Source: a virus
Length of the DNA: 64,000 bases
Virus record (IMG/VR): IMGVR_UViG_3300045806_000119
Span: 6,864 to 70,863 of that record
Reading direction: 5' to 3' (one strand)
The notes under the pieces were generated by a model that saw only the letters and a program-made list of their open reading frames with translations, was not told where the DNA came from and ran no database searches. Both the position numbers and the translations under genes were made by a program. Positions 49,202-57,710 of the stretch are shown here, piece after piece; position 1 is the first letter of the stretch; the number at the start of each line of letters is the position of its first letter.

Positions 49202-49740
49202 CAGATGCCTCCGAATTTGTCGTAATCGAGAACTCCGCCGTCGACAGTGTCGACCGGCATCATCTCTGTCCGCTTGCCGTCCGTGCGGCCCGTGGGACGA
49301 GCGGGGCTGTTGAGGGTCGGCACAGGACGAACCTGGTGGTGCCCGTCCGCGTTCGACGGGAGTATCTCGCCGTACGTACCGTCCTGCTCCGACTGGTACT
49401 CGTACGCCGTCTCCGGGTCCTTCTGTCCGAGACGGTCAAAGCGCCCGCGGTCGAAGTTGCGCAGCTCGGTCTGCCCGACCCGTCCGCTCTCCACGACGTT
49501 GTTGTGGGCCGCGCTCTCTCCCGCCTCGAACGACTCTCGCAGCGAGGTCTGTTCCGCCCGTCCGACGAGCGGCGCGTTACCTCGCAGGTTCGTGCGCGTC
49601 TCCAGATTCGGACCAGCCGCGAAGGGCGGCTGCATCCCCTGAGTCGTGGGCAGCACAGGTGTCATCGGACTCGCCGTGGGCACGCCGGCCGCATTGCCAC
49701 CCTTCGGTGGCCTGCGAAAAAGTGCATTGAGATTTCGCAT
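49201..49740 (-). CDS. Hypothetical protein
   Basis: GGAGG RBS; TGATG coupling. Confidence 0.55.
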   Translation of the reverse strand: MRNLNALFRRPPKGGNAAGVPTASPMTPVLPTTQGMQPPFAAGPNLETRTNLRGNAPLVGRAEQTSLRESFEAGESAAHNNVVESGRVGQTELRNFDRGRFDRLGQKDPETAYEYQSEQDGTYGEILPSNADGHHQVRPVPTLNSPARPTGRTDGKRTEMMPVDTVDGGVLDYDKFGGI

Positions 49741-49758
49741 GGCTGCCTCCGAACTCGA

Positions 49759-50259
49759 TTAGGAGTTGGTGATGTAGGGACGGATGGTGGGCTCCAGCAC
49801 GAACAGGAACGACACCAGCGTCGAGCCGCTCACGAGAGTGGTGACGACGCGGAAGCGGTCGCCAGGGTTGAACGACTTCGAGAGGGGCGCGATGAGCCCC
49901 ATCCCCGCCAGCGACTGCTGGTCGTTCGTCGGCTGGTTCGCGTTGCTGATGACGTACGGCGCCGTGAGCACCGACGCGAAGCCGCCTCCGGCCACGGGCG
50001 CCTTCTGCAGGTCGATGGTGTACGTCTCCGCCGCCGCCGCCGCACCCGTGATGATGAAGTAGGCGTCGCCGATGAGCCCAGCGAAGTCCACCATCCCCAG
50101 CTCGGTCCCGGCAGTGGTCGCGATGGCCGGCTGCTCGAACCGCATCTGGTTCATCTTGCCGATGTGCTTGCCGATCGCCTTGTCGTTGAGCGGCTGATCG
50201 AAGTCCTGGATGACCGAGAGCTTCGAGAACGTCTGGAGAAAGCGCTTCATGTTCCGCAT
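49759..50259 (-). CDS. Putative virion protein (beta-sandwich)
   Basis: Start MRNMKRFLQTF after GAGGA; TIDLQK...GDRFRV. Confidence 0.6.
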   Translation of the reverse strand: MRNMKRFLQTFSKLSVIQDFDQPLNDKAIGKHIGKMNQMRFEQPAIATTAGTELGMVDFAGLIGDAYFIITGAAAAAETYTIDLQKAPVAGGGFASVLTAPYVISNANQPTNDQQSLAGMGLIAPLSKSFNPGDRFRVVTTLVSGSTLVSFLFVLEPTIRPYITNS

Positions 50260-50266
50260 GTTTTCC

Positions 50267-51925
50267 TCATCGCCGGTACCTGTCGGCTCTGCTGGGGTTG
50301 AAGTCCTGCCTACCCCCTCTTGTAGCATAAAAGGGGTTGTCAACTGCTTCCGCGCCTGCATCAACGCGTGGCTGCGCCGCCGCCCAGCAGCACAGGGCCG
50401 CTGAGTCGCAGTAGTCGTCATGATCCCCCTCTGGCGCGAAGCACCGAATGAACACGCCGACGCGGTCCTTGAGCAGCTCCTCGTGCTCATGGACGAACTG
50501 CTGAAACTCCGTGCTCTTGCGCATCTCCTCGCCCGCGGCGTAGCGCATCCGGCCGGCTTCCAGCTCCTGAATGTAATACTTGTACGCCTTGTCGTTGCCA
50601 ACGTGCGACATCATGAACGGGACCACCTGCATCCCCGGCACGAGCCCTTGCAGTTGCTCGGTCAACGGGTCGCCGATGCCTGTAGCGTCGCACACGACCG
50701 TGTCGACGGAGTACCGCCCCAGCGCCTCCACGACGGCAGCGAGGATGTCGTGCCATTTTCGACCAGGTATCTCGTACCATGCCACAATTCGTTTAGTGTG
50801 GTAGGTCGGCGTGTCTTCGCCCGGCCGGATGACGGCGCGCATGTCAATGATGGGCACATCGTCCACCTCGGCGATGGTCAGGATGGTGCAGTCGCGCTTC
50901 CGCCCGTAGTCGAGCCCCGCGACGTAGCGTCGTGAATACCCGCTAGTGACGGCCTCCAGCAGGTAGTCTCCCGCCTCCGCGAACGCGTCGCGGTCAATGG
51001 CACCCGCGTTGGCCTCTTGCCACAGCAGGCGGAAGTTCTGGCGGAACTCCTCGTTCTCGATGTTCCCGCCGAGGCGCTTCAACTCCCCGCTCACCCACTT
51101 CTCGTAGGCCAGATGCTTCGGGTCCTTCGTCTCCTCGTAGCGCCTCCGCTTGTCGACGATGACGTGCGTGTACGGGAACTCGAAGTGGTTCCGCTTCCCC
51201 GTCAGCTTCTCCGTCTCGACGTTGTAGATAATCGACTTCCGAAAGTTCCCACGCAGCGCGTTGGCCGTGCCAATCTTTATCATTGACCCATTTGTAGCGG
51301 CCAGCATCGGCGCGATCTCTTTCGACAGCTTCACCTCTCCTACGAGCTGCGCCTCGTCGATGATGATGAGGTGAAAAGTCAGCCCTTCCACCGTGCTGCT
51401 CTCGCTCGCCGTCTGCGCAGTGACGAAGCTCCCGTTCGTCCAGGACACAAGGTCGCCTCGACTGGCAGCCACGGCCACGTTGATGTCCGGGTCGGAGTAA
51501 ATCTCTAACGAAGACTCACGCTGAGCCCTCTGCCGGATGCGTCCGTAGATGATGCCCGACTGCTGCTGCTTCGGCGCGAAGATGCCGATCCAGAACCCCT
51601 CCCTGTAGCGGCTCAGCCGAGGGTCGTCCGGGAACGCCTTTGCGAGTGCGGGCAAGATGATGCAGAGAGACGACGCCAGCGACGCGACGGCCTCACTTTT
51701 CCCGCTCTGCCGGCACCATAGCGCCGTGAGCACAGCTCCCTCATCTGCGAGGATGGCCTCCACCGAGCGGTGCATGAACACCAGCTGGTAGTTGTAGAGC
51801 TGGATGCCGGCGGGCTCGTTGTAGACCCGTACAAATTGCATTATCACGTCTGCCAGCCGCTTGTTGTCGAGCGGGCAGACGGACTTGAGCTTCTCTACAG
51901 GGACATTTCCACTAATTGGTTCCAT
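50267..51925 (-). CDS. terL: Terminase large subunit
   Basis: LYNYQ, WCRQSGKS Walker A, IIIDEAQ Walker B, IGT, GLDYGRKRD, DATGIG, HDDYCDS. Confidence 0.93.
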   Translation of the reverse strand: MEPISGNVPVEKLKSVCPLDNKRLADVIMQFVRVYNEPAGIQLYNYQLVFMHRSVEAILADEGAVLTALWCRQSGKSEAVASLASSLCIILPALAKAFPDDPRLSRYREGFWIGIFAPKQQQSGIIYGRIRQRAQRESSLEIYSDPDINVAVAASRGDLVSWTNGSFVTAQTASESSTVEGLTFHLIIIDEAQLVGEVKLSKEIAPMLAATNGSMIKIGTANALRGNFRKSIIYNVETEKLTGKRNHFEFPYTHVIVDKRRRYEETKDPKHLAYEKWVSGELKRLGGNIENEEFRQNFRLLWQEANAGAIDRDAFAEAGDYLLEAVTSGYSRRYVAGLDYGRKRDCTILTIAEVDDVPIIDMRAVIRPGEDTPTYHTKRIVAWYEIPGRKWHDILAAVVEALGRYSVDTVVCDATGIGDPLTEQLQGLVPGMQVVPFMMSHVGNDKAYKYYIQELEAGRMRYAAGEEMRKSTEFQQFVHEHEELLKDRVGVFIRCFAPEGDHDDYCDSAALCCWAAAQPRVDAGAEAVDNPFYATRGGRQDFNPSRADRYRR

Positions 51926-52242
51926 TGCTTGGGTTCCTTGAAGCACGTATCGCGGAGGTCGAACTCGAAGTGACCATCATACGCGCACGCAATCAAGTGC
52001 AAGCCCATCAGCACGAACTCCAGCTGCGGCAGCCGGTGGAACGGTACGTCGAGGACCATGTCCCCGCAGCCATCGACATCCCGGTCCTTGTACGCTTCGA
52101 CCGGCACGAGGTACGCGTTGAGCGTCATCATCAGCGCGCTCGTCCCAGCGCACACAAGCGGACCCTCATCCGTCTGCTCTGCGTGGCCGAGGACGCTGAG
52201 TCGTACGCCCTCCTTCGTGTCCTCTGTCGTGACCTGGATCAT
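51895..52242 (-). CDS. prp: Prp-family (DUF464/YsxB) ribosomal-processing cysteine protease
   Basis: 115 aa; MIQVT...LSVLGHA(His20)...LVC(Cys31)AGTSAL...N.L...GL..IA..Y matches the Prp pattern. Confidence 0.85.
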   Translation of the reverse strand: MIQVTTEDTKEGVRLSVLGHAEQTDEGPLVCAGTSALMMTLNAYLVPVEAYKDRDVDGCGDMVLDVPFHRLPQLEFVLMGLHLIACAYDGHFEFDLRDTCFKEPKQWNQLVEMSL

Positions 52243-52307
52243 CTAAACTCCGCTAGAGACTAGGCTTGTAGGAGTGCTGGGTGACAAGCCCGAAGAAACC
52301 CTGCTGC

Positions 52308-52553
52308 TCAGCGGACCATGGACCCGATGCGTGCCCCGATGCGCCTGGCGCCAGCGACGACGCGAGCGATGATGCCGCGGTTCGGGTTGTTACCCCCGCG
52401 GCCAGTGCCAGCCGCGGTGCGAACGCCGAGGTTGCCGCCGCGGGGTCCGCGGGGAGCCGTGGTCGTGATGCGCTGGGGGCCGCGCTGCCCCCGGCCGGGC
52501 TGGTTGCCGTTGGCGGGGGAAGATCCACCACCGAACGTCTTGAGGAACTTCAT
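52308..52553 (-). CDS. Arg/Gly-rich mini-protein 2 (MKFLKTFGGGSS...)
   Basis: TGATG coupling to mini-protein 1; 81 aa, no acidic residues. Confidence 0.65.
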   Translation of the reverse strand: MKFLKTFGGGSSPANGNQPGRGQRGPQRITTTAPRGPRGGNLGVRTAAGTGRGGNNPNRGIIARVVAGARRIGARIGSMVR

Positions 52554-52768
52554 CAGCGCACCCGTGCCCCGGCGCGCGGAGGCGGCTGGTTGCCGCGCCG
52601 ATACGGGGGGGCGCCGCGCTTCCCGCGCTCGGCGTTCGTCTCCGCGCCGAAGCTCTGCCCGGGACGGTTGCCGGGGCGGAGCGGGCGACCCGACGCCGAG
52701 AATCGGGACGGGGGCTGGTTGCCGTTGGCGGGGGAAGATCCACCACCGAACGTCTTGAGGAACTTCAT
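52497..52768. repeat. 57-bp perfect direct repeat (52497-52553 and 52712-52768)
   Basis: Identical copies cover exactly the first 19 codons of both mini-proteins. Confidence 0.95.
52553..52768 (-). CDS. Arg/Gly/Pro-rich mini-protein 1 (MKFLKTFGGGSS...)
   Basis: AAGGAG RBS; 71 aa. Confidence 0.7.
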   Translation of the reverse strand: MKFLKTFGGGSSPANGNQPPSRFSASGRPLRPGNRPGQSFGAETNAERGKRGAPPYRRGNQPPPRAGARVR

Positions 52769-52847
52769 GGTCTGTCTCCTTGGTTGATGGGCGCCCGAGG
52801 CGCCCTTGACAACCCGGAGTCTGACACACGCGAGCCTCTAACGAAAG

Positions 52848-53570
52848 TCAACTAGTGGGTAATACCTCTGCACGGATGAGGCATTGGTGACATTTTCCGC
52901 ACGCCGGGAAGAACTCGCACGAATACGACATCGACAAGTCGACGCCGAGTTGCACCCCAAGCCCCACGATCTGCCGCTTCGTTTTGTGCGTGTCGAGAAA
53001 CGGCGCCACCACGGTTAGCGGCTTTGAGAAGCCTCCCGAGACGGAGAGCGTATTGAACGCCTTCACGAACCCAGGTGCCGTGTCGCAGCCTGGTCCCACA
53101 AAGTCGTCCCTCCACCCGTTTGCTTCCCACTCCGGTTCATCGAATTGAAACGCCGTGTAGACGTACCGCATTCCGCGTGAAATGGCGTAGGCGCCCGCTC
53201 TCGCAAGGAACGCCACGTTCCTCCCCTGGATGATGTCCCACTTGTTGTCCAGGTAGTCCTGGTACTCCTCGGGGCTCATCTTGAGCGCTTCGTAAGCATC
53301 GTCCATCGCCTCGGGGTAGCTCTTCTCGTTGAAGATGTGACCCCGCCCGCGGGCATACTCAGGCCAGTCGATCTTCTCCCGCCGGTATCGGAGCCCCAGC
53401 TCCAAGCAATGATGAGCAACCAGGGCCTCCTGGTGGTCCGCGCTCGCTTGTCCATAGTCGCAGAACATGACCTCTGTCTTCGCTCCGCCTCCGGCTGCTC
53501 TGTCCCGGCAGGCCAGAAAGTGCATTAGCACGGTAGAGTCGATACCTCCGCTCGCGAGAAGGAGCTTCAT
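52848..53570 (-). CDS. Divergent QueC-family PP-loop ATPase (second paralogue)
   Basis: ASGGIDS, DYGQ, GRNVAF, SCEFFPACGKCHQCLIR; YPDC replaced by GCDT. Confidence 0.85.
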   Translation of the reverse strand: MKLLLASGGIDSTVLMHFLACRDRAAGGGAKTEVMFCDYGQASADHQEALVAHHCLELGLRYRREKIDWPEYARGRGHIFNEKSYPEAMDDAYEALKMSPEEYQDYLDNKWDIIQGRNVAFLARAGAYAISRGMRYVYTAFQFDEPEWEANGWRDDFVGPGCDTAPGFVKAFNTLSVSGGFSKPLTVVAPFLDTHKTKRQIVGLGVQLGVDLSMSYSCEFFPACGKCHQCLIRAEVLPTS

Positions 53571-54346
53571 AGGACTTCTTTCAGCCCTGCCAACATGCCC
53601 TCATCGAGTAGGTCACGGTAGTCGCACCTCTTAGGGAAGGCGAAAGGAGCCACTACATCTACGTCGAGCATGTGCAGCCCCTCCCGGATGTCGTGTTGCA
53701 GCATGTCTGAGTAGACGACCAATTTTTCGTACGGGCGCTCTGAGAAATACTGTTTCACGCTCGAGGCCACGCGGTCAAAGTACGGCAGCCCCGCGTCGTA
53801 CTTTGGGAGCGCGTCCCACGCCCCCTCCGGCGCGCAGCCGACAACGCTAGACACGACGATCAACTCGTAGTCGTGTCCGGCCAGTTCCCGCACTCTCTTG
53901 TGTAACGGGCTGGGGTACGGCTTGTCCGCCGCGCAGGGGAGGAGGATGCACTTGGTCTTCCCCGACAACGGCATGTCCCGGACGAGGTGCATGAAGCCAA
54001 GGATCTCTGGCCGCCAGAACCCCGAGTACGTCGCGATGGGGAACGCCTCCTCGTAAATGTGCCGGCGTGTGCCTCCCCACCGCATGTCTGCCCGCCACAA
54101 AGCGTCGACGAGCACGGGCTCCGCCGCGCACGCAGCTTCCACTTCGTGCCGCCGGAAAGGCGCCCTGCTGTCGGCATCGAACTGCTTCTCGCCGAGGTAC
54201 CACAGCAGCGGGTGCCAGCTTCCAGGTGCTCCTACGAGCATCAGCTCTCCGTCCGGTGCCTCGGCTACCGCCTGGAGCTGCTTCAGCCAGCCGCCGTACG
54301 TGTCTTCATAGGTCTTCCCTGACTTAGCGAACTGTATAGTCGTCAT
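53567..54346 (-). CDS. DUF5591 / ArcS-like protein
   Basis: LLPCAADKPYPSPLH, VVSSVVG.AP, PKYD. Confidence 0.7.
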   Translation of the reverse strand: MTTIQFAKSGKTYEDTYGGWLKQLQAVAEAPDGELMLVGAPGSWHPLLWYLGEKQFDADSRAPFRRHEVEAACAAEPVLVDALWRADMRWGGTRRHIYEEAFPIATYSGFWRPEILGFMHLVRDMPLSGKTKCILLPCAADKPYPSPLHKRVRELAGHDYELIVVSSVVGCAPEGAWDALPKYDAGLPYFDRVASSVKQYFSERPYEKLVVYSDMLQHDIREGLHMLDVDVVAPFAFPKRCDYRDLLDEGMLAGLKEVL

Positions 54347-54402
54347 TTCTCAGATTCCTAACGTGAAAGGTTCCTTTTTCAGTCGCCGGTACCAGCTGGA
54401 GC

Positions 54403-55101
54403 TTACCCATGGAGCACCTCCGCCGGGTCGTCGATGCCCAGGTCAGAGAACGCCTTCGCCCGGATGATGCACGAATCGCACGCCTTGCAGCTGCCTCCCT
54501 TCCCACCGGCGTAGCAGCTCCACGTCAAGTGCAGGGGAGCGCCCACTTCAAGCGCCTTCTCGATGACCTCTCTCTTCGTAGAGTTCACGATGGGTGCTCG
54601 CAGAGCTATCGGGCTCCCTCTCACACCCCGCACGGTGCCGAGCGCGAGCGAGCGTTCCATCGCCTCGACGTACTCGGGCCGGCAGTCCGGGTATCCGCTG
54701 TAATCGAGTGCGTTGAACCCAGCCCACACTTCGTCCGCCCCGATAGCCTCTGCGAACGCTGTACCGATGCTCAGGAAGATGCTGTTCCGCGCCGGCACGT
54801 AAGTCACGGGAATGTCGGCGTTCATCGTCGACTCGTCCCGGTTCTGAGGAACCTCCAGGTTCGACGTCAGCGCCGAAGTATCGAAGTCGAGGCCGGCCAA
54901 CCCCACTATGCGCAGCGAAAAGGTCGCCTTCCCTTCCCGCGCGTAGTGGTGGACCACCTTCGCGGCCGAGTCCAGCTCTCGCCGGTGCCTCTGCGCGTAG
55001 TCGAAAGCGACGGGATAGACCTCTCTCCCCTCCGACAACGCGATGCCCATGGCAGTCGTGGAATCCAGACCACCGGAAATGAGAACAATAGCCTTCTTCA
55101 T
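54403..55101 (-). CDS. queC: 7-cyano-7-deazaguanine synthase
   Basis: ISGGLDS, FDYAQRH, SALT, TYVPARN, DYSGYPDCRPEY, TWSCY..CKACDSC. Confidence 0.95.
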   Translation of the reverse strand: MKKAIVLISGGLDSTTAMGIALSEGREVYPVAFDYAQRHRRELDSAAKVVHHYAREGKATFSLRIVGLAGLDFDTSALTSNLEVPQNRDESTMNADIPVTYVPARNSIFLSIGTAFAEAIGADEVWAGFNALDYSGYPDCRPEYVEAMERSLALGTVRGVRGSPIALRAPIVNSTKREVIEKALEVGAPLHLTWSCYAGGKGGSCKACDSCIIRAKAFSDLGIDDPAEVLHG

Positions 55102-55123
55102 TTTGTGGGTTCCTTTCTACTAG

Positions 55124-55684
55124 TCAGTTTTCGTTGAAGGGGTGTGACCGCAGCCAGCGCTCCGCGCGATTCCAGCGGTTCCTCGACAGGCTCTTGGCCA
55201 CCGCAAGCTGCTCCTCGGTGAACTTCTCAGAGACGTGGCATTGCCCCGCGGCGTACATCGCCAGTCGCTCCGACTGCGGCAGGTCTTTGCACTGCTTCAG
55301 CGAGGTCTGGATGATGTCCAGCGACGTTTTCGCCGCGCTCAGGCGCGACGCGCACGCCACCACCTTGGGTGTCCATGGCTCCTGCAGCTGGAACAGCGAC
55401 CACGATCGCCTCCCGTCCCCTCCCGTCTTGCAGGTGTCGACGTCCTCCCGCAGACCACCGCTCTCGAACGTTGCCACGGACGCGTCGAGCAAGGCTGTCT
55501 CCAGGACACCCTGGCTACCCGCAAAGAGCGGGTGATCCAACGCAGCCTCGGCGATGTCCCGTGCGATGTCCCTGTACCGGCCGAGGGTGCTCGCTTCAGT
55601 GGCTCCCGTGAAGTTGTGCGCGGACACGGGGGCGAAGTGCAGAAGGAAGACGAGAAGGTACTGCGAAAGGCTTGCGATGTTCAT
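55124..55684 (-). CDS. Secreted lysozyme/transglycosylase-like protein
   Basis: Hydrophobic N-terminus, ATFESG, GD.GRS.SLFQL. Confidence 0.55.
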   Translation of the reverse strand: MNIASLSQYLLVFLLHFAPVSAHNFTGATEASTLGRYRDIARDIAEAALDHPLFAGSQGVLETALLDASVATFESGGLREDVDTCKTGGDGRRSWSLFQLQEPWTPKVVACASRLSAAKTSLDIIQTSLKQCKDLPQSERLAMYAAGQCHVSEKFTEEQLAVAKSLSRNRWNRAERWLRSHPFNEN

Positions 55685-55693
55685 TAGAGTCTC

Positions 55694-56056
55694 CTAACCA
55701 CCCGCTAGGTACGGGCAGTGGTGTCCGGGCTCAGCTTTCATCGGGTGACCCTCGTACTTCAGCCCGCAGATGCAGTATTCCGCGTCGCGGTCCGTCGTGG
55801 TCGAGCCTCCCCAGTGCATGCCGGCCGGGGGTTCAGTTAGCCGCGGTCGTAGAGAACCAGCTCTCTCTCCCGTGGCTCGGTTTGCTAGTGACTTCGCTAG
55901 TGTCTTATCTGATTCGTTTAGTGACCCTCCTCGCGCCTTTTCTAGCGCCTTTTCTAGCGCCTTTACGCTTGCCTCGACTATCGAGGCTTTCTGCGAGCTG
56001 TGATGCTCCTGCGCTAATTCCGCCAAGAACTCTTGCTTCGTCCGGTACTCGCGCAT
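55694..56056 (-). CDS. Hypothetical protein with C-terminal Cys/His motif
   Basis: CICG...H...HHC. Confidence 0.5.
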   Translation of the reverse strand: MREYRTKQEFLAELAQEHHSSQKASIVEASVKALEKALEKARGGSLNESDKTLAKSLANRATGERAGSLRPRLTEPPAGMHWGGSTTTDRDAEYCICGLKYEGHPMKAEPGHHCPYLAGG

Positions 56057-56423
56057 GGCTGTAGTCCTTCACATCTGGGACGTCTCGCACGGGCTCGGGC
56101 TTGACCAGGGCTGTCTTCCGCAGCGCGACGAGCGCCCGCTTCATGAACAGAATGGCAGCCGTCCTGCACCTGTCGTCGCACACCAGGTCGTCCCCGCTCT
56201 TCAGTCGTCGCTTACAGCGGGGGTTCAGGCAGAGCGGGCGCTTGACGCCTCCCCCCAGCATCGCCCCCTTGTAGGCCCGCCACGGCCGAGCATCGGTCCG
56301 CGCTTTCGGCCGCCCCGGCTTCCCTTTCGGCGCGTGAGACTGGGCTAAATCCGCGTTAGACAGCGTGACGGCCGGGTCTTCACCGGCCGCCAACGCCTCA
56401 CGGATGCGCGCCCACACTCCCAT
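55905..56423 (-). CDS. Basic zinc-finger hypothetical protein
   Basis: CLNPRC...CDDRC; overlaps the next gene by 152 nt. Confidence 0.5.
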   Translation of the reverse strand: MGVWARIREALAAGEDPAVTLSNADLAQSHAPKGKPGRPKARTDARPWRAYKGAMLGGGVKRPLCLNPRCKRRLKSGDDLVCDDRCRTAAILFMKRALVALRKTALVKPEPVRDVPDVKDYSHARVPDEARVLGGISAGASQLAESLDSRGKRKGARKGARKGARRVTKRIR

Positions 56424-56425
56424 TG

Positions 56426-56872
56426 CTACGGCGTCGGCGGGTAGAAGTACGGGGGCTGGTCAGTGCTCGTCGCCAGCGACCCGATGCTCACGCCGAGGTT
56501 CACGCTCACGAGCAGGCTCGGGTTCACCACCGAGATCCCCGTGAGGCCCTCCCCCGGCTGCATGACGAGCAGGAGCGGGCCATTGATGCCGACCGTGAAC
56601 GGCCCGCCGTGCGTCGCATCGCTACTCGTCAGCGTGAGCTTCAGCGGTGACGAGCACTCCAGAAAGACGACGAGCGCCTCCGTCACGCCGGGGGAGAAGT
56701 TCATCGGCACCGCGAAAGGCGAGCCCGAGTTGGCAGGCGGGATGTTGTACTCGTTGCTCTTCGCCTCGATCTGGTCGACGGTCACCGTCAGCGCCATTTC
56801 CGTGTCTCGTGTGGGCGTAGCTACCTCGACGTTGCCGCTGATGTTGAACGCACTGGCTCCCGTGTTCGTCAT
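56426..56872 (-). CDS. Hypothetical beta-rich protein
   Basis: ATGA coupling. Confidence 0.55.
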   Translation of the reverse strand: MTNTGASAFNISGNVEVATPTRDTEMALTVTVDQIEAKSNEYNIPPANSGSPFAVPMNFSPGVTEALVVFLECSSPLKLTLTSSDATHGGPFTVGINGPLLLVMQPGEGLTGISVVNPSLLVSVNLGVSIGSLATSTDQPPYFYPPTP

Positions 56873-57129
56873 GTCTTCTTCTCCGGCTCTGGCTGCTGGT
56901 CAGGGACGATAAACCCCCGAACGATACCGAGGATCGCGTTCGGATGATACACGGCAGCAACCTCCCCCTCCTCGTCAACGAGTCGGATGGGGGTGTCCCA
57001 CCGCCCCGATTTCCGCATCTTCCCGATCTGCTCTTCGTAGGACGCGATGAGGTCCACGGTCGACCCCATGTTCTGCGGCGGGTTGTTGGCGACAAAGATG
57101 ATGTAGTGCCTGTTTTTCGTTTCACCCAT
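56869..57129 (-). CDS. Hypothetical protein
   Basis: Coupled ORF. Confidence 0.55.
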   Translation of the reverse strand: MGETKNRHYIIFVANNPPQNMGSTVDLIASYEEQIGKMRKSGRWDTPIRLVDEEGEVAAVYHPNAILGIVRGFIVPDQQPEPEKKT

Positions 57130-57421
57130 AGTTCGGCTCCTCGGCCACCCAGAGAATCTTGCAGTGCGGGCAGTAGCCGGAGCGCGACACAGCCTCCATC
57201 GGCTGCTCCAGCTCCACCCTCACGTCCGTCGTCACGATGTGCTTCAGGAAGTCCGCCATCACCGGAGCTGCGACGGCTGCCAGCTTCTGCGCTCCCGCCG
57301 ACCCGATGCAGCTGTGGACGACAGCTCGAGCAGACGCCCCCACGGCAACGGGCTTGGACGCCGGCTTCACTTGGTCTGCGAACGAGTGCCAGCGGCTCAC
57401 GTACTCACTAACGGGTTTCAT
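57122..57421 (-). CDS. Hypothetical protein with CPHC motif
   Basis: Coupled ORF. Confidence 0.5.
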   Translation of the reverse strand: MKPVSEYVSRWHSFADQVKPASKPVAVGASARAVVHSCIGSAGAQKLAAVAAPVMADFLKHIVTTDVRVELEQPMEAVSRSGYCPHCKILWVAEEPNYG

Positions 57422-57710
57422 CGGACTTTTTCTCCGACCCGCGGCCCTCGGCGGCGCGCTTGCTGGCCAACGCGTTGCGCACCACCACCAGCTCCTTGAC
57501 GGTCATGGTCGGAATCTCGCCTCCCAGCTCCGCCCGCAGTCGCTTCCCGAGCCCCTGGTCCATCAGCGTCACTTGCAACAGCCGGTTCAGCACGCTCCGC
57601 TCCTCCGCTGTCTCGCACTGATCGAGCGTAGTGCGAAATATCCGCACTAAATCGCGCACGGTTACCGAGGCCGTCAGCCCCGCCACATCGTCTGCTGTAA
57701 CTTCCTGCAT
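57408..57710 (-). CDS. Hypothetical helical protein
   Basis: AAGGGA RBS; helical composition. Confidence 0.5.
   Translation of the reverse strand: MQEVTADDVAGLTASVTVRDLVRIFRTTLDQCETAEERSVLNRLLQVTLMDQGLGKRLRAELGGEIPTMTVKELVVVRNALASKRAAEGRGSEKKSDETR

Noticed and set aside
50320-50345. TTGACA promoter-like hexamer
   Set aside because: Lies in terminase coding sequence (VDNPFYAT) and has no -10 at proper spacing.
44554-55684. Weaker leader-like starts: MLTTRFF (47949), MRNLNALF (49740), MQRSSVF (44967 gene), VFLLHF (55684)
   Set aside because: Do not fit basic-FLxxF well or are better explained as a signal peptide; not counted as Prp substrates.
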